Source: Chloroflexota bacterium
GTDB taxonomy: Bacteria; Chloroflexota; Anaerolineae; CG2-30-64-16
Reading direction: 5' to 3'
DNA length: 24,000 nt
Assembly: GCA_016876015.1 (NCBI GenBank)
Contig: VGOD01000006.1
Coordinates: forward strand, 4,920 to 28,919
A model generated the notes under the pieces. The model did not search any database. It was given only the letters and a program-made list of their open reading frames with translations, and was not told the DNA's origin. Position numbers and translations under genes: made by a program. Positions 19,983 through 24,000 of the stretch are shown here, piece after piece. Position 1 is the first letter of the stretch. Each line of letters begins with the position of its first letter.

Positions 19983-20639
19983 GTGCCCAGAACCACGTTC
20001 GACGCCGAATTGGCCGCGCTGAAGGAGCGTCTGCTCAGTCTCAGCGCCATGGTCGCCAACGCCCAAAAGCTTGCAGTGCAGGCCCTGGCTGAACGCAACG
20101 AGGAGCTGGCGCGCGAGATCATCGCCAGCGATCCGGCCATCAACCAGGTTCAGCGCGCCATCGAAGATGAATGCTTGTTCTTGATCGCCAGCCAGCAGCC
20201 GGTCGCGCGCGACCTGCGCACGATCTTCGCGGTGGCTTCGATTGCGACCGATCTCGAGCGCATGGGCGATCATGCCAAAGGCATCGCGGTGCTGGCCACA
20301 CGGCTGGCCGACCAACCGTTGCTGAAGCCGCTGATTGACGTGCCGCGCATGGCCGAGATCGGTCGTGACCTGCTCGCCGGTCAACTACAGGCCTTTGTCA
20401 ACGGCGATGTGGCGGCCGCCCGCAGCCTGGCCGCCAGGGATGACGAGGTGGACCAGCTCTACGATCAGGTCTTTCGAGAGTTGCTCGTGATCATGATGAC
20501 CGACCCGCGCACGATCACGCGGGCCACCTACCTGTTGTGGGTCGCGCATAACCTCGAACGCTTCGCCGATCGGACGACCAATATCGGCGAGCGAGTGATC
20601 TTCTTGATGACCGGCGTAGTCACTGAACTGAACGAATGA
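19983..20639 (+). CDS. phoU: Phosphate signalling complex protein PhoU
   Basis: 218 aa with a GTG start and GAGGAG 7 nt upstream. Supporting segments: FDAELAALKERLL, two PhoU repeats, QQPVARDLRTIFAVASIATDLERMGDHAKGIA and AHNLERFADRTTNIGE. Confidence 0.9.
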   Translation: MPRTTFDAELAALKERLLSLSAMVANAQKLAVQALAERNEELAREIIASDPAINQVQRAIEDECLFLIASQQPVARDLRTIFAVASIATDLERMGDHAKGIAVLATRLADQPLLKPLIDVPRMAEIGRDLLAGQLQAFVNGDVAAARSLAARDDEVDQLYDQVFRELLVIMMTDPRTITRATYLLWVAHNLERFADRTTNIGERVIFLMTGVVTELNE

Positions 20640-20645
20640 GGACTT

Positions 20646-21836
20646 ATGGATCTGACACAATTGAGCCAGATGGTCGCGTGGCTGGATGAAGAGCACCGTC
20701 GCGACCGGGAAGAGATCGCCAGACTTGATCAGCGTCTGCAAACCATGGTGGTCGAAAACCAGGAGCAGGCGCGGCGAATTCAAGACCTCGAGGGCCGGCT
20801 GGCGAATACCCAGGCCCAGCTCACGCGCTTCACGCAGATCGAGCAGGCGCTACAGCAGCTCAAGAACGAGGTCGTCGTGATGCTGGACAAACATGCCGAC
20901 GCGCGGCTCCAGTCGGAGCGCGAGAGCGAGCGCGCCCGGCTGAGCGACCGCGAGGCCATCTCGCGCAGCGTCTCCGAAATCCGCAAGGAATTGCCGCGCC
21001 TCGGCCGCATCGAGGAAGACCTGGCCGGCCTGCGCGCCGAAGATCAACGGCTGGGCGACGTCGTGTTGGCGCTGCGCCAATCGCTCAGCAACGTCAGCAA
21101 GGATCTTGACGAGCGCACGCGCACCTTGCCCTACATGGTCGAGCAGCGCAGCCAGGACAACAAGCGCATCGCTCAAATCCAGGCGGAGAACGTCGAGCTG
21201 CTCAAGCGCACCGACGCCATCGCCAGCAAGCTGCCGTTGTATGAGGAACGCATCCAGCGCGTTGACCGCGAGCTCCAGCGCATCCAGCCGATCCCCGACC
21301 AAATCCGTCGCGAGCAACAGGCTTTCCTCGAAGCGCAGCGAGTGGCGGATGTGGACCGGGTGCGCCAGATGACCGCATGGGAGGCGGAGTTCGCCCAGCA
21401 GCGAGAGCTGCTGGAGAAGCAAGTGGTGCGGATCCGCGAGTTCGCGGCGCAATACGAGGCCGCTGGCCGCGCGCTCAAGGCGCTGGAGGAATTCCAGGCC
21501 GCCCTGGTGCGCGATCAGAAGCAGGTTTCTGAGCTGCAGCGGCTGGCCGAAGAACGCCAGCGCAAAGAGTTGGCTGAGTGGCAGGCCGAAAACGAGCAGC
21601 GTTGGAAGAAGGAACTGCTGCGTTGGGACTATAACCAGCAGGAGCAGCAGAAGGCCACCCAGAAGTTGACCGACCGTTTTCCGCCGGTCGAAAGGGTCGC
21701 TGCGCTGCTGCAGCGGGAGGTCGAAGCTCTCTGGAAGCTGCAAGAGAACCTCGGCGCCCAACAGTCGCGCGAGGCACAGCACCTGTTGGACTTGATCAAC
21801 AAGGCGCTCGAGGCGCGGCCGAAGAGCGCAACGTGA
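20646..21836 (+). CDS. Coiled-coil protein of unknown function
   Basis: 396 aa, starting 6 nt after the phoU stop. It is heptad-rich and Q/E/R/L-rich throughout (LDEEHRRDREEIARLDQRLQ...). I see no enzymatic motif. Confidence 0.8.
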   Translation: MDLTQLSQMVAWLDEEHRRDREEIARLDQRLQTMVVENQEQARRIQDLEGRLANTQAQLTRFTQIEQALQQLKNEVVVMLDKHADARLQSERESERARLSDREAISRSVSEIRKELPRLGRIEEDLAGLRAEDQRLGDVVLALRQSLSNVSKDLDERTRTLPYMVEQRSQDNKRIAQIQAENVELLKRTDAIASKLPLYEERIQRVDRELQRIQPIPDQIRREQQAFLEAQRVADVDRVRQMTAWEAEFAQQRELLEKQVVRIREFAAQYEAAGRALKALEEFQAALVRDQKQVSELQRLAEERQRKELAEWQAENEQRWKKELLRWDYNQQEQQKATQKLTDRFPPVERVAALLQREVEALWKLQENLGAQQSREAQHLLDLINKALEARPKSAT

Positions 21837-21869
21837 GCCCGCGTGCGTCGCCAGGCATAGGAGAAACCC

Positions 21870-23819
21870 ATGCGCGTCATCGGCACCGCCGGCCATGTAG
21901 ATCACGGCAAGTCCAGTCTGGTGCTGGCCCTCACCGGCATTGACCCCGATCGTCTGCGCGAGGAAAAAGAGCGCCAGATGACCATTGACCTGGGCTTCGC
22001 CTGGCTGACGCTGCCGCCGCCGGCCGATGCGCCGGCCGGCGCGCCAGCCGAACAGGTAGGGGTCATTGATGTGCCGGGTCACATTGACTTCATCAAGAAT
22101 ATGCTGGCCGGGGTGGGCGGCATTGACGCCGCGCTCTTCGTCGTCGCGGCCGACGAAGGGATGATGCCGCAAACGCGCGAGCACCTGGCCATTCTCGATC
22201 TGCTCCAGGTGCAGGCCGGAGTGGTGGCCCTGACCAAGACCGATGTCGTTAGCGAAGAAGGCTGGCTGGAGCTGGTGGAGGCCGATGTCCATGACTCGCT
22301 CGCTGGAACCTCGCTGGCCAACGCGGCGATCGTGCCGGTCTCCGCGCGCACAGGCGCCGGGCTGGAGGAATTGAAACGCATCCTCGCAGATGTCCTGGCG
22401 CAAGCGCCGGTGCGTCGTGATCGGGGCCAGCCGCGGTTGCCGATTGACCGGGCGTTCAGCGTCGCCGGGTTCGGCACAGTCGTCACGGGCACGCTCAGCG
22501 ATGGCGTCTTTCGCGTGGGCGATGAGGTTGAGATCGTGCCCGGCCATCTGCGGACGCGCATTCGCACGCTGCAGACGCACAAGCGCGCAGTGGAAAGAGG
22601 GCTGCCGGGCAGCCGGCTGGCGATCAACTTGACCGGGGTGCACCCCGACCAACTGGCGCGCGGCATGGTGGTCGGCAGGCCGGGCGCCCTGCGAACAACC
22701 GATCTGCTCGATGTGCGTATGCGCCTGGTCGCCGATCAGACAGGGACAGCCGCGGCCATGCGGCTGCGCCACAACCAGATGGTGGATTTCTTCAGCGGCG
22801 CGGCCGAGGCGCCGGCGCGCGTGCGGCTGCTGAGCGCCGAGGAGATCGGGCCAGGCGGGACCGGTTGGGCGCAGTTGCGCCTCGACTCGGCCGTCGCGGT
22901 GGTCGCGGGCGATCGCTTCATCATCCGCCAGCCATCGCCCAGCCTGACGATCGGGGGTGGCCAGGTGGTGAATCCACACCCGGCGCGTCGCTGGCGGCGG
23001 TTTCAGCCGCAGGTCATCGCGCAGTTGGAGACGCTGGCGCGTGGCACCCCCGAGGATCTGCTGCTGCACGCCCTCGCCGCGGGCGAGCCAGGGTCGCTGA
23101 AAACCGCGGTCGAGCGCAGCGGGCTGCCGGCCGCGGCTGCCGAGGCGACTTTGGCCCGGCTGATCGCCGAAGGCCAGATTTTGCCGCTTGGCGTAGTGCA
23201 GCCGCCGCTGGCGGCCAGCGCAACCCTGGCCATCTCGCTGGAGGGCTGGCGCACGCTGGCCGGCCGTCTGGCCGACATCCTGGACGACTATCACGGTCAG
23301 TTTCCGCTGCGGCCGGGCATCGGGCGGGAGGAGCTGAAGAGCCGGGTGCAGGGTCGCGAGCGATGGCCGCCGAAGCTCTTCAACGAGCTGGTCGCGCGGG
23401 CCGCGAGCGAAGAGATAGTAGCGGAGACCGGCGACTACCTTCACCGCCCCGGCTTCCGCATCACCTTCACTGCCGAGCAGCAGACGCGGGTAGATGCGCT
23501 GTTGGCCGCATTCCGCCGGCAGCCCTACACGCCGCCCTCGATGGCCGAATCCGCGGCGATGGCGGACGCCGAGATCGTCAGCGCGTTGATGTATGCGGGA
23601 ACGCTGGTCAGGCTGAGCGAGGACGTGCTGTTTCTCAAGGAAACTTATGATGAGATAGTCAGCCGCATCGTGGCTTACATCAGGGAAAAGGGCAGCATGA
23701 CCGTGGCCCAGGTGCGGGATGCGTTCAACGCGAGTCGCAAGTATGCCCTGGCGATCATGGAACACCTGGACGAGCGCAAGATCACGCGACGCGTGGGGGA
23801 TGAACGGGTATTGCGTTAG
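21870..23819 (+). CDS. selB: Selenocysteine-specific translation elongation factor SelB
   Basis: 649 aa with AGGAG 6 nt upstream. GTPase motifs: GTAGHVDHGKSSL, DVPGH, LTKTD. These are followed by EF-Tu-like beta-barrel domains and C-terminal winged-helix repeats ending YALAIMEHLDERKITRRVGDERVL. Confidence 0.92.
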   Translation: MRVIGTAGHVDHGKSSLVLALTGIDPDRLREEKERQMTIDLGFAWLTLPPPADAPAGAPAEQVGVIDVPGHIDFIKNMLAGVGGIDAALFVVAADEGMMPQTREHLAILDLLQVQAGVVALTKTDVVSEEGWLELVEADVHDSLAGTSLANAAIVPVSARTGAGLEELKRILADVLAQAPVRRDRGQPRLPIDRAFSVAGFGTVVTGTLSDGVFRVGDEVEIVPGHLRTRIRTLQTHKRAVERGLPGSRLAINLTGVHPDQLARGMVVGRPGALRTTDLLDVRMRLVADQTGTAAAMRLRHNQMVDFFSGAAEAPARVRLLSAEEIGPGGTGWAQLRLDSAVAVVAGDRFIIRQPSPSLTIGGGQVVNPHPARRWRRFQPQVIAQLETLARGTPEDLLLHALAAGEPGSLKTAVERSGLPAAAAEATLARLIAEGQILPLGVVQPPLAASATLAISLEGWRTLAGRLADILDDYHGQFPLRPGIGREELKSRVQGRERWPPKLFNELVARAASEEIVAETGDYLHRPGFRITFTAEQQTRVDALLAAFRRQPYTPPSMAESAAMADAEIVSALMYAGTLVRLSEDVLFLKETYDEIVSRIVAYIREKGSMTVAQVRDAFNASRKYALAIMEHLDERKITRRVGDERVLR

Positions 23820-23827
23820 GTCGAGGT

Positions 23828-23891
23828 CGAGATTGAGGCTAAGGTTAAGGTCAAGGTCTCAACCTCAGCCTTAACCTCAACCTAAGCCTCG
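23828..23891. repeat. Imperfect 64-nt palindrome built from hexamer-periodic units, lying between convergent genes
   Basis: The left arm has NNN(G/A)AG hexamers (GTCGAG GTCGAG ATTGAG GCTAAG GTTAAG GTCAAG). The right arm mirrors them (TCAACC TCAGCC TTAACC TCAACC TAAGCC). Hand pairing gives a 9-bp core (23842-23850 with 23869-23877) plus flanking shorter runs around the loop 23858-23861. No U-tract follows. Confidence 0.7.
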
Positions 23892-23999
23892 GGAACCCTG
23901 CAGCCCCAGGATGATCACCTCGACCAACCACAGGGCCGCGGCCGCCAGCAGGTCCAGCGCCAGGGTGAAGAGAAAGCCCAGTGTGAGCACCTGGAACGC
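23877..23999 (-). CDS. 3' end of a minus-strand gene encoding a hydrophobic (membrane-like) C-terminus; partial
   Basis: My reverse translation reads ...AFQVLTLGFLFTLALDLLAAAALWLVEVIILGLQGSRGLG, then stop (TGA at 23879-23877). The gene enters from beyond the window end and is not in the ORF track. The frame was chosen because it gives a TM-like peptide. Confidence 0.3.
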   Translation of the reverse strand, partial: AFQVLTLGFLFTLALDLLAAAALWLVEVIILGLQGSRGLG

Positions 24000-24000
24000 G

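Noticed and set aside
20850-23765. 971-aa minus-strand ORF
   Set aside because: It is antisense to the coiled-coil gene and selB, both well supported with Shine-Dalgarno sites. It has no motifs and shadow-ORF composition.
23817-23882. In-frame extension after the selB TAG stop (VEVEIEAKVKVKVSTSALTST, then TAA); considered as stop-codon read-through
   Set aside because: The peptide pattern is a by-product of the hexamer-periodic palindrome. There is no evidence of a recoding signal, and the SelB C-terminal winged-helix domain is complete before the TAG.

Overview
High-GC bacterial chromosomal window. The protein styles suggest a Chloroflexota-like organism, but that is inference only. I support about 24 protein-coding genes, two of them truncated at the window edges and absent from the ORF track. 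I found no rRNA, tRNA, CRISPR array, transposase or integrase. Layout by coordinate: (a) 2-4062, minus strand: a tyrosine-phenol-lyase/tryptophanase-family gene (partial) and a DinG-type helicase fused to a DnaQ-like exonuclease. (b) 4063-4595: a lower-GC divergent intergenic region with a near-consensus plus-strand promoter and a roughly 335-nt structured leader. (c) 4596-7886: a four-gene plus-strand unit. It holds a zinc-ribbon protein with a polyacidic tail, lysine 2,3-aminomutase (KamA), a Ddl-type ATP-grasp ligase, and a 4-Cys DUF1540-like protein with an even longer polyacidic tail, closed by a strong terminator. (d) 8124-10868: pyruvate,phosphate dikinase with its own promoter and terminator. 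(e) 11017-13539: small accessory genes, part of it visibly lower in GC. These are a DUF6516/TumE-like protein with small neighbours, a DUF559/Vsr-like endonuclease fusion, and a ribbon-helix-helix pair. (f) 13558-18395: six tightly coupled genes, namely two membrane proteins, an SDR, an HD hydrolase, an AlkA-like glycosylase and a membrane-anchored RdhA/QueG-like Fe-S protein. (g) 18444-19841: two convergent hypothetical genes. (h) 19983-23819: phoU, a coiled-coil protein and selB. (i) A hexamer-periodic palindrome and the 3' end of a minus-strand membrane-protein gene. The best candidate for an undescribed system is unit (c) with its leader: a beta-lysine-forming enzyme and an amide-forming ligase bracketed by two Cys-rich proteins whose tails both end in DDDER. 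Many long ORFs in the supplied track are antisense shadows of real genes, which is typical of high-GC DNA, and I rejected them.
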